A DNA stretch of 64,000 nt from Nemertoderma westbladi (Eukaryota; Animalia; Xenacoelomorpha), in NCBI GenBank assembly GCA_032718475.1, contig JAUCBJ010008068.1, positions 1 through 64,000 on the forward strand, read 5' to 3'. Under the pieces are notes generated by a model. The model worked only from the letters and a program-made list of their open reading frames with translations, ran no database searches and was not told the origin of the DNA. The position numbers and the translations under genes are program-made. The number at the start of each line of letters is the position of its first letter. Within the stretch, counting starts at the first letter, position 1. Below are positions 51,670-62,700 of the stretch, in pieces.

Positions 51670-54090
51670 GCTTCAAAAGAAGTAGATAGATCGGCATTGT
51701 GGAGTAATCTGATTGCTTTTGGGTTTTGGGGTATAGTACTTGCAAAAGCTTTTATAAAGATGTAAAATCTCGGGTACTGGTGGTTAATGAGTATCTAAGG
51801 AAATTGACTGCTAACTGGAACTTGACTTCGGCTGAATGCTTATCCTATTTGCTATTCCTATTTGCTTTGTTCATTAATGAATTGGAGGCTAAGCTTTCAA
51901 GTGGTGGCTTTGATGGTGTTTCGAATGGATGTTTGAAACTAATTATTCTGCTATTTGCAGACGATATTATTATAATAGCTGAAACTGAAAGTCGTTTACA
52001 AAGGTCCCTAAATCTTATGAGCTCATATTGTAGCAGCTACAACATAGAGATCGGGGAGGTGTTTAGAAGTGGTAGACCCCTGCGAGAAAACAATCACTGG
52101 TCAGTGGATGGTTATTAGCTGAAAGTGGTAAATCAATATATTTATTTAGGCGCCCCCCTTCTGAAGTAGCTGTAAATTCTCTTTGGGACAGTCGCATCTA
52201 GTGGATAAGGCTAGGCTAGTAAAGCTTATTTTCTCTTTGGTGATTTTCTCTTTTATCCAGTTCCCATGCATTTCATTTTCAGTAGCTTTAGCATTGAAAT
52301 TATTTAATAGCTTAATTAACCCTATTAGTACCGGGCTATAAAATGTTGTACAAATACCGGGGGGGGGGGGGGCGTCATATTGACCCCCCCCCCCCCCCCC
52401 CCCCTCTAAAATCTACAAATATTTACGAAAACGTCTGATTTTTTGTTTGTACGTAGGTATCACTTGTCTGGATCCGACCGAAAAAAAAATTGTTCGAAAA
52501 AATGTACTGGGGTGGTTATATTGCAGCACCAAAATTACAAGTAGTGCACAATTTTCACAAAATTTGAAAGTTACATTTTCGGCTAATTATTTTTCAATAC
52601 AGGTTTTCTGGGGTGAAAAATACATTGGAAATATTTAAAAATGATATGATTACTATAAATGGTTGTTTTGTTTAGTCCTCTCTCCGTAGGAAAAAAATGA
52701 AAAAAAAACAAGTAACCAGCACTTTTCAGTTAGAACACAAAATTTTTAATTCACTTATACGATGCTATAAATTCACATTTTCAGGTTTTCGAGGGCGCTG
52801 ATTCTAATGGAATACATTTCTAATATGCCAGATCATTGCTACTTGTATTTTTCGGCGTAATTTGACAAATTTTGGTGCTAGCACCAAATTTCGTACCCAT
52901 CACCAAAAAGTACAAGTTTGCGATGTCCAGTGCTGTTTTTATTGATTCCATCGGATTCAGGACCCTCATAAACCCGTATAACGCAAGAAACAAGGTGATA
53001 CTATCTACTTATCAATTTGCATATTTTCCAAAATTTGGTGCTAGCACAACAATTTTCACCCACCGGCGAAAAATACAAGTTTGAGAACTCTTATGAAATT
53101 TTTACTGATTCCATTGAATTCAGAACCATCACAAACCCGTATAACGCAAGAAACAAGGTGACACAATCAATTGATATATTTGATGGTTTTCAAAATTTGG
53201 TGCTAACACCACATTTTGCACCCACATCCGAAAAATACAAGTTTGAGATGTCTAGTTCGATAATTATATTTTCCATTGAATTCAGAACAGAAATAAACCT
53301 CTAAAACGCAAGAAATAAATTGTCACAAGCAATTTTATCTATTTAATGGATTTTCAAAATTTTGTGCTGGCACCAAAATTTGCACACAGCACCGAAAAAT
53401 ACAAGTTTGATGCGCTTGGTGGAACTCGTATATATTTCATCGAATCCAGAACCCCAAAAAACCCCAATTGCGTAAAAAACAAGTTTCAAACAATCAATTT
53501 ACAAAATTGACTTATTTCAAAATTTGGTGCTGGCACCAAAATTTGGCACCCACCGAAAAAAACAAATTTGAAATTTCTAAATCAATTTATATGAATTCCA
53601 TCCAATTTCTAACACCAAAAAACCGGTGTAAATCAAAAATAGAGATGTTACAATTCATATTTAATGAAATGTAATTTTCAAAAAACGTCTCAAAAAAAGT
53701 GCCAAAAGTTGGGTTAAAAAATGGTGCTATAACTCGAAAAGTACCCAATATTTTTGAAAACGGTTTTCACTACTAGGAAGACAATAGATTTTTAGGAAAA
53801 GTCATAAAATTTCAGATTCCCAACTGCGTTTGTTTCAGAATTATAATAAAAAAACCACGGGGGGGTCATATTGACCCCCCCCCCCCCCCGGGGTTTAATA
53901 GGGTTAAGCCAATGTTTATTTATATGTTGCTGCGTGGTGAGGATTTCATCCCGCTCCTGATATTGAGCTTCAGCATCGAAAATTTATACAAAACTTCTTA
54001 TGTGTTGAAGAATCCACCCCGTATTTCACCATTTGTGGTGAATCGGGTGAGTTCCCATTATTTATGGATCGGAAAGTTTTCATGAGGCCA
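51670..54090 (+). mobile_element. Degenerate LINE RT/C-terminal relic, split by the piggyBac-like MITE
   Basis: LLFADD before the MITE. FNSLI|KPM...GFHPAPDIE...CGESGEFP continues across the TTAA site. Confidence 0.8.
52320..53903. mobile_element. Non-autonomous piggyBac-like element with internal 163-bp tandem repeats
   Basis: TTAA|CCCTATTA ... TAATAGGG|TTAA. Subterminal G-run-TCATATTGA-C-run palindromes at both ends. AAATTTGGTGCT-GCAC recurs at about 52866, 53029, 53191, 53355 and 53518. Confidence 0.88.
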
Positions 54091-54119
54091 AAGTCCCTGC
54101 CAACAATTGGTCCGTCCAT

Positions 54120-55720
54120 TTCTCAAACCTTTTCACACAAGCCTCAACTCATAAGTTGCCAGATCTCCCCATTTACCCAGTCCCTGGATAAGCAATGATG
54201 CTTGCAAAGCCGGATTTGGTTGTGTTTTCCCTTTTCTGTGGCACCTATTCGCAGTTTGTTTCAACTCTGCCCCGTGTCCTATTGTTTGGTTGACATCATT
54301 ACTTGTAATCCCAATGTTCAAGAGGAAAGGTCTAAAGTCGTCCCCTGACTCGTATAGAGGAGTTGCTCCTCTTTCTTGTTTGTTAAAAACTTACAGTACA
54401 ATTCTCTTTACTCGATTATACTCATGGGTTGAGTTCAACAACAAACTCCCAGATGCTCGATATGGATTCCATAAGAGCAGATCGACTATAATGGCTGTAA
54501 AGGTTTTACTTAGTTTTATTGGTAATGCATTATCTGTTCGGGGTGGTCAATGGTCATGTATGTGGTGTTTTTATCGACATTACAAAAGCCTTTGACACCG
54601 TTGACAGAATAAGACTCTGTAACAAATTATCTTCTTTAGGTATAAGTCGCGCCTTCATTGCAGTCATATGGGGTCTCATTGCGATTAATTTTATTAGAAT
54701 TTGCATCGGCTCGATTTTAACTAACCCAATAATCGCCCAGATGATCGGAATAATCCAAGGGGATAAATTATCGCCTCTGTTGTTCGCTATATTTATAGCG
54801 GATCTTCCAGTGGCTTTAGTTGGAATAGGTGTTTTTCTCATCCTATATGCTGATGATCTTACGCTATACGATATGAATATGGAAACTTACTCGAGTCAGC
54901 CCAACTTGCTCTTGACGAGTTGGCTGTGTACTGTGATGAGATTGCTCTCATGGTAAACTTCTCTAAAACAAAGGCAGCAAAATTCCGGCAGGATGGTAAA
55001 CTATCGCGTTCGGATAAACTTATCCACAAGGGTGAATCCATCATGTTTGTAAATAATTTTAACTATTTGGGCATTTTTTTTAACTACAAAGAACTCCTCC
55101 ACTGGCACTTCTCACATCCTTACAGAAAAGGTATAGCATCTTGAAGATGCTATACCTTTTCTGTAAGGATGTGACTTGTATGCATTTAGCATCAATGGTA
55201 CAAATGAGAGCGGTTTCTTTGGACACGGCACTCTATTGCTGGCTACTACTTACGGCTGCTCCACATTTTGCTATATCTAGAGTGAACAACAGCTGCTTCA
55301 ACTTCTGCACATTGTGAAAGTACATGGTTTTTATTACATACTTTGGTGCTGTATTAGTAAATTCTCATCTACAACTAATATCCTACAGGCTGTAGACCGA
55401 GCCAGCGCAGCGCCTCAATCTCACTAAAGAATTTGTTGGGATATCGCCGGAGAGTCTCCTCTCAATTCTTGTCAAACGGGTACCATCATCACAAACTGTG
55501 TACGAACAGAAGCTGCGGGAGGCTAACGTTAGACTGTGTGTGCCGTCTCTGTGATTCAGCAGCCCACACAATAGATCACTCCATGACTTGCCCTTCCTTG
55601 GAAGACACACACCCTAACAATTTTATTCAACTCGCGACTCACCTTGACACCTTGCGATTTTGTTTATTTATATTTTAATTAGTTATAATAAATAATTAAT
55701 AATAAATAATTAGTTATAAA
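54120..55720 (+). mobile_element. Disrupted LINE ORF2 (RT to 3' end), same clade as 10312 and 12200 elements
   Basis: YRGVA, FIDITKAFD, QGDKLSP, LYADD, FNYLG, NGYHHHKLC...CVCRLC...H...C; several frameshifts. Confidence 0.88.
55112..55174. repeat. Perfect inverted repeat: 31-bp arms with a 1-nt spacer
   Basis: TCACATCCTTACAGAAAAGGTATAGCATCTT-G-AAGATGCTATACCTTTTCTGTAAGGATGTGA. Confidence 0.97.
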
Positions 55721-56139
55721 ATGTTGTTATGCAATTGTGGGTTATCCTAACCAAAACAATAAACGAGAGTCAAGATAACGAGCTAACGAGAAAAGGCAAG
55801 GACATAATATTTATTCTAAATAAATGAATGAATAAATTAATGAATAAATAATATGTCCTTGGTACAGGGTAGTTTCATTTTTGTTAATAAATAACTGTTA
55901 CCAGCAGCAGTTTCGGCTACCAGTTGTCGGCGTTAAGTTTACGCTCCATTTTGCCTTGGCCTTTATCCCCATAAGTGAGACTTTTGTGTTGGTTGGAGCT
56001 AGTGTTTGGTTTATCGACGGCCAAATATATTATATATTGTTATTGTTAATTTATGGCATAATATGCTTTATCTTTTTAAGCCTATTAGACTATTTTGTAT
56101 AGATGTTTCAAAAACATTATATATAGATTAATCTCCTAC

Positions 56140-56280
56140 CTGTACAGTTGATATCACGGCCATCTCCTTGATAACCCACCCCGAAATGGAATCCATCGTA
56201 GCAACTACAGTTATAGCTGTAATCTGTATTTACACAGACTTGATGGCAGTCATCTGTATTATCCACACATTCATTGGAAT
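56140..56280 (-). CDS. Exon 4: long-loop cbEGF (DSNECVDNTDDCHQVCVNTDYSYNCSCYDGFHFGVGYQGDGRDINCT)
   Basis: gtttag / G|gtagga, 141 nt, phase 1-1, open frame; not in the ORF track. Confidence 0.92.
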
Positions 56281-56779
56281 CTAAACAATATTATTATTAT
56301 GCATATATAGTAGTGGCAATTGTGGCAATTGTATTCAGTATTGATACGGTATTCATATAATCGGAGAAATTTAAAAGTAGGCAGTTTACCTGTAATTAGT
56401 TGTAATATATCCATCCTACTGTTGTTGTTTATAATATGCATTAGTCCCTCTTTACTATTTCATATGAAACAACCCAGCCATTACGAATTATTGCATTGAT
56501 ATAGTTTAAAAAATATCTAACCTCTGAATCTCCGATAAATTTAATGAATTTTTATTATTTTTCCAGGATTACGCCCCGGTGGAAGTTAAATAGTTATATT
56601 TGATAAGATAAAATAAAATATAAATACATAAAATAAAATCAATAACAAAAGACAATAAATATTTAGTTTAAAGACAATATAAAGTCTACCTACTACTGGC
56701 ATATAGTGCATTATTTAATTCGTGGCAGGAATCGGTTATTTACTAATATAACAACAAACAGTTTATATTTGAAGTATAC

Positions 56780-56905
56780 CTTCACAAAGTAGAATACCAT
56801 CGCCGGCAGTACCTTCCATACACATGCATGTAAATGAACCCAAGGTGTTGTTGCACTCAGCGTATTCGTGGCAATTGTGAGTATTATTCAAACATTCGTC
56901 AATGT
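56780..56905 (-). CDS. Exon 3: canonical cbEGF ([42 protein letters not shown])
   Basis: ttccag / G|gtatac, 126 nt, phase 1-1; not in the ORF track. Confidence 0.93.
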
Positions 56906-57360
56906 CTGGAATATGAATTTAATTGAATTATGAGACAGGTCCAGCAAAATAATTGTGATATAGTTAGTAATTATTTCAAAAATAAATAGCAATAAACTTA
57001 ACAATAATAAACTAAATACAGATAGAAGAGATTCACAACTTTCTAATACAACGGAAATTATCGGCCGCTTTGCGCGCTCTTTAACTGTGTTTCATAAACT
57101 GAACAACGAAAATACTAAGTAACACCCAGAATCCAAATTAAATCCACATAACGCTTAAATCTATATCTATAAATATCACCTACCATAACAAAAAGTAAGC
57201 ATAGATTAATGAATGGCTCTAGCTCTCGAAAACAACAAACATCTGATATCACTACTGAGAAATGAACATATTTCTAGCTAAAGTGATAAAAGTTCAGTTG
57301 AAAAAAATTCAAATTTATTCATTTATACTTTCTATAAGATGTGATGATATATAATTTCAC

Positions 57361-57504
57361 CTCTTAGCTCCCATTGATGCGGGTCGCATTCGTCCCCACC
57401 CCACATTGATGGAACTTCCTCAACTCGTTCCCAGGGAGCGAACCCAGTCGGGCAATCACCCCGGCAATCATCTGATAAGGTCCAGTCACCGAGCACACAG
57501 TCAA
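57361..57504 (-). CDS. Exon 2: spondin-type TSP1-like repeat, C-terminally short, with CRGDC (VDCVLGDWTLSDDCRGDCPTGFAPWERVEEVPSMWGGDECDPHQWELR)
   Basis: tttccgcag / AG|gtgaaa, 144 nt, phase 1-1, a GC-rich island in AT-rich intron. VDCxxxxW...C-xxx-C-xx-G...R...P...GGxxC pattern. Confidence 0.85.
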
Positions 57505-57679
57505 CTGCGGAAATACATGTTATATTGTATCAAATTTTTTTATATAAAGAGATCGAATAAGAATTGATTAGATTAATTAATTGATAAGATAAGATTCTTC
57601 GAATGTAGCAATCAATTTGTAAACATTAAAATAATGATATTATAAAATACTTTTGTTCATAAATTGAAAGAATGCAGAA

Positions 57680-57769
57680 GCACGTCACCGGGGGTTGAAC
57701 CAGCGCTATACGAGCGTTTCGGCCAATCAGGCCTGGTAAGTAGCGCTAACCAGTTCAGCCACTTGCCCC
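57680..57769 (-). mobile_element. tRNA-derived sequence (SINE head or tRNA pseudogene)
   Basis: Minus strand: A-box-like TGGCTGAACTGG and B-box-like GGTTCAACCCC; no convincing acceptor stem. Confidence 0.5.
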
Positions 57770-57962
57770 TGACTCTTCCATTCCTATTTAATCCCAATCA
57801 ATTAAGCAGGCAGTCTTATGTTGCATATCCATCACATTAAAATAGTTTAAAAGCAGAAACTTTGGATTACAATGAATCTTTAAAACTAATACTTTATCCA
57901 TGAAAATAAAGTCTAATTTCAATAAGTTCGTAACTACAATGATACTTTCGTGTTAATCTAAC

Positions 57963-58158
57963 CTTTTCCAAAAACCTGCAATTCGCAAATTGTCAACGCG
58001 TCATTTGTATGCTGATATACCCATACGTAACGACCTTCAATCCAGTTACATATTAACATATTTTCTTCGGCTGCAATTAGCGCCCCAGTACAACCAGGAG
58101 ATGAAGGCACCAGGGATGCTATAAAGACCTCGTCAGGCAACTCGTTGGTTACATGGAC
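57963..58158 (-). CDS. Exon 1 in window: C-terminal half of an F-type lectin (FTP)/F5-8 type C-like domain (VHVTNE...CTG...LICNWIEGRYVWVYQHTNDALTICELQVFGK)
   Basis: ttttgcag / AAG|gttaga, 196 nt, phase 0 to 1. The C...GRYVxV...LxICELQVF ending is characteristic of FTP domains. Confidence 0.88.
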
Positions 58159-59794
58159 CTGCAAAATAATGCCTTAGTATAAAAATTTGTTTACAAAATT
58201 ACCCAAACTAATTAATTCACAACTGGATTATTTTTATTAATTTTTAGAAGACAAATTTCACTTAAATTTCCTCTCATAATACGAATGAGGAATAAATGAT
58301 ACAAAAATTTTCAGTAAAATATATGTAACCTTGGTAACCTTAGTAAAGTATTATTTTATTGCTTTTGAACTGGGTGTTTTGCGTTATCATTTATTGGGAT
58401 AGACGCAGAATGTTAATATAAAAAGTAAGCCATAAAGTAAGCCAACATTAAAAAGTAAGCAATTTAGTAATCCAACATTAAAAAGTAAGAAATTAAGACA
58501 TAATAATAATATATTGTTTAAGCGCCAATGTTGTTGAAGTACACACAACCTGCATCTGATTTATTGAGGGTATATCTTTAGTTTTTGCGTATGTTAGCTT
58601 TTCAGAAGTCAGAATTGAGAATTCATATATACTACTCCCACAAGATTATTACTATCCTATTACCACTATGACAGTAAGTAATGTGGTACAACGTGATCTA
58701 TAGTACAGGCAATAATGGTCATAGGTGTATATGCATTGACCAGGCTGAAGGTTATCTACCAATGGCTTGTCAAGTAAAGTGGTCGACTTATAAAATAGTA
58801 TAAGCCGACTAAATTGCAAACTGTGTATTACATAGCAAGAGCACAGGACATGGTCGATAGTCTGACTAATTAACTTCAGCCAATGGTAGGCCATGTAGCT
58901 AGCTATATAAGTGACACCAGTAGGTAGGTGATGATGGGCCCAATGCCAACTGCACTGCGAAGCCCACCCTGTGGACAGCCAAACCAGGGTTGGTACCTCA
59001 TACTCATTGTTAGTATGGCTTTTAATTTTTAATTTACATTATTTACATAAAAACTTTTATACCCACCAAGCACCAACAACACTGTCAATAAAAACTAAAA
59101 AGGCAAAAAGGGCGGTAAATTTTAAATATTGTGTTTTACTTTGGCTTGCCAGTTTGTGTAACACTGTACAACTGATGTACCACTCACTGAACAGGGGGGG
59201 GGGGGGGGGGGGGGGTTATGGGTGTCTGGGCAGTCCAGCGCCATGCTCCCATGCCGTTACCTATATTAGATTGGTTGTAATGCACTGTACCAATAAATAA
59301 TATACATGAAAAGAATAGCTTACCATTTACTACACATGAATAGCTTGCGCGGTCATCTGACATCCAATTTGATTCTCTTGGCAAGGCTCCCTGGTTGTAG
59401 GTTGACCTTTGGGATCCTTACAAGCTGAGGTGCTAATAGATTTCCTATTTTTGTTAATAACTGTATGAGGTGACATATTGGTTTTCTGGGTGAAGAAGTG
59501 CCTCAGGGATAGCTCCCGTAACACACACCTTCTGCTGAAGTCAGCATGGGCCTTACACCTTACCCCTTACACCTCAATCCCTTGTTCTTTGCCTCACAGC
59601 TCAAGTACGCCTTAGGTGTACAGAAACCATATCAATCGAAATTCAACGAATTTTACAAGATTTCATCTTTAACAATGAACTATTTTCAGCTAGGCCACAG
59701 TTTCAGAAGAAACCTGGGAAAATGTATAACCACACAGGCCCTTCGCATAGCCACGGACATAGCATATCCACGGTGTATGATTGCTTCGGACTAA

Positions 59795-62700
59795 ACATAC
59801 CCATGGGCTAAGCATACCCATGGGCTAAGCATACGCACGAGCTATGTATACCCAAATGGCTGCACATACCCACGGGCTACGCATACCCACGGGCTGCGCA
59901 TACCCATGGGCTATGCATACCCACGGGCTACGCATACCCATGGGCTACGCATACCCAAAGGGCTACGCATTCCCAAAGCGCTACCCATACCTACGGGCTA
60001 TGCATACCCACGTATTATGAATACCTATGGGCTACACATACCCATGGGTAAGCATACCCATGGGCTAAGCATACGCACGAGCTATGCATACCCAAATGGT
60101 TGCACATACCCACGGGCTATGTATACCCATGGATTACGCATACCCATGGGCTACACATGCACATGGGTTAAATACAACCATGGGCTACGCATACTCAAAG
60201 GGCTACGCATACCCATGGGCTACGCATTCCCAAAGCGCTACGCATACCCATGGGCTAAGCATACCCATGGGCTACACATACCCATGGGCTAAGCATACGC
60301 ACGAGCTATGCATACCCAAATGACTGCACATTACCACGGGCTATGTATACCCATGGGTTACGCATACCCATGGGCTACACATGCCATGGGTTACACATAC
60401 ACGTGGGCTACACATACCCATGGGCTACACATACCCAATGGGCTACGCATACCCATGGGCTACACATACCCATGGGCTATGTATTCCCATGGGTTACGCA
60501 AACCCATGGACTACACATATCCATGGGATATGCATAACCATGGGCTACGCATACCCATGGGCTACACATACCCAAAGGGCTACGCATACTCATGGGCTTC
60601 ACATACCCATGGGCTACACATACCCAAAGGGCTACGCATACCCATGGGCTACACATACCCATGGGCTATGCATACCCATGGGCTACGTATACCCATGGGC
60701 TACACATACCCATGGGCTATGCATACCCATTGGTTACACATACCCATGGGCTACACATACCGAAAGGGCTACGCATACCCATGGGCTACACAACACATAC
60801 CCATGGGCTATGCATGCCCATGGGTTACACATGCCCATGGGCTACACATACCCAAATGGCTACACATACCCATGGGCTACACATACCCAAAGGGCTACGC
60901 ATACCTATGGGCTACACATACCCTACGGGCTACGCATACCTATGGGCTACACATACCCAAAGGGCTACGCATACCCATGGGCTACACATACCCATGGGCT
61001 ACACATACCCAAAGGCCTACGCATTCCCAAAGCGCTACGCATACCTATGGGCTACGCATACCCACGTATTATGAATACCTATGGGCTACACATACACATG
61101 GGCTAAGCATACGCACGAGCTATGCATACCCAAATGACTGCACATTGCCACGGGCTATGTATACCCATGGGTTACGCATACCCATGGGCTACACATGCCA
61201 TGGGTTACACATACCCAAGGGCTACACATACCCAAAGGGCTACGCATACCCATGGGCTACACATACCCATGGGCTATGCATACCCATGGGCTACGTATAC
61301 CCATGGGCTACACATACCCATGGGCTATGCATACCCATTGGTTACACATACCCATGGGCTACACATACCGAAAGGGCTACGCATACCCATGAGCTACACA
61401 ACACATACCCATGGGCTATGCATGCCCATGGGTTACACATACCCATGGGCTACACATACCCAAATGGCTACACATACACATGGGCTACACATACCCAAAG
61501 GGCTACGCATACCTATGGGCTACACATACCCAAAGGGCTACGCATACCCATGGGCTACACAACACATACCCATGGGCTATGCATACCCATGGTCTACGCA
61601 TACCCATTGGCTACACATACCCAAAGGGCTACGCATAATCATGGGCTACACATACCCATGGGCTACACATACCCAAAGGCCTACGCATTCCCAAAGCGCT
61701 ACGCATACCTATGGGCTATGCATACCCACGTATTATGAATACCTATGGGCTACACATACACATGGGCTAAGCATACCCATGGGCTAAGCATACGCACGAG
61801 CTATGCATACCCAAATGGCTGCACATACCCACGGGCTGTGCATACCCAAAGGCCTACGCATTCCCAAAGCGCTACGCATACCTATGGGCTACGCATACCC
61901 ACGTATTATGAATACCTATGGGCTACACATACCCATGGGTTAAGCATACCCATGGGCTAAGCATACCCATGGGCTAAGCATACGCACGAGCTATGCATAC
62001 CCAAATGGCTGCACATACCCACGGGCTACGCATACCCATGGGCTACGCATACCCAAAGGCCTACGCATTCCCAAAGTGCTACGCATACCTATGGGCTACG
62101 CATACCCACGTATTATGAATACCTATGGGCTACACATACCCATGGGTTAAGCATACCCATGGGCTAAGCATACCCATGGGCTAAGCATACGCACGAGCTA
62201 TGCATACCCAAATGGCTGCACATACCCACGGGCTACGCATACCCATGGGCTACGCATACCCAAAGGCCTACGCATTCCCAAAGCGCTACGCATACCTATG
62301 GGCTAAACATGCCCATGGGCTAAGCATACGTACGAGCTATGCATACCCAAATGGCTGCACATACCAACGGACTACGCATACCAATGGACTAAGCATACCC
62401 ATGGGCTAAGCATAAGCACGAGCTATGCATACCCAAATGGCTGCACATACCCACGGGCTATGTATACCCATGGATTACGCATACCCATGGGCTACACATG
62501 CACATGGGTTACATATAACCATGGGCTACGCATACCCAAAGGGCTATGCATACCCATGGGCTACGCATTCACAAAGCGCTACGCATACCCATGGGCTAAG
62601 CATACCCACGGGCTACACATACCCATGGGCTAAGCATACGCACGAGCTATGCATACCCAAATGGCTGCACATTACCACGGGCTATGTATACCCATGGGGT

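Larger units (their letters stand above)
19298..52198. repeat. Tandem segmental duplication, copy 2 (expanded to 32.9 kb)
   Basis: 19298-19406 matches 14874-14990; 20939-21366 matches 14995-15422; 24994-26662 matches 15419-17079; 50587-52198 matches 17685-19297. Confidence 0.92.

Noticed and set aside
56906-57360. Micro-exon completing the TSP1 domain
   Set aside because: Candidate AG/GT pairs (near 57030 and 57184) give the wrong phase or lack two Cys. Unresolved without RNA data.
3713-58158. Naming the gene fibrillin, fibulin, uromodulin or Notch
   Set aside because: No TB, ZP, LNR or fibulin C-terminal domain is visible, and the FTP-TSP1-EGF order does not match. No symbol assigned.
58540-59530. 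Candidate upstream lectin-domain exons (donor-like CAG|GTTGTG near 58550, ATG|GTAAGC near 59323)
   Set aside because: No frame gave FTP motifs (AVDG, WWxVDL, NR) with a compatible acceptor and phase.
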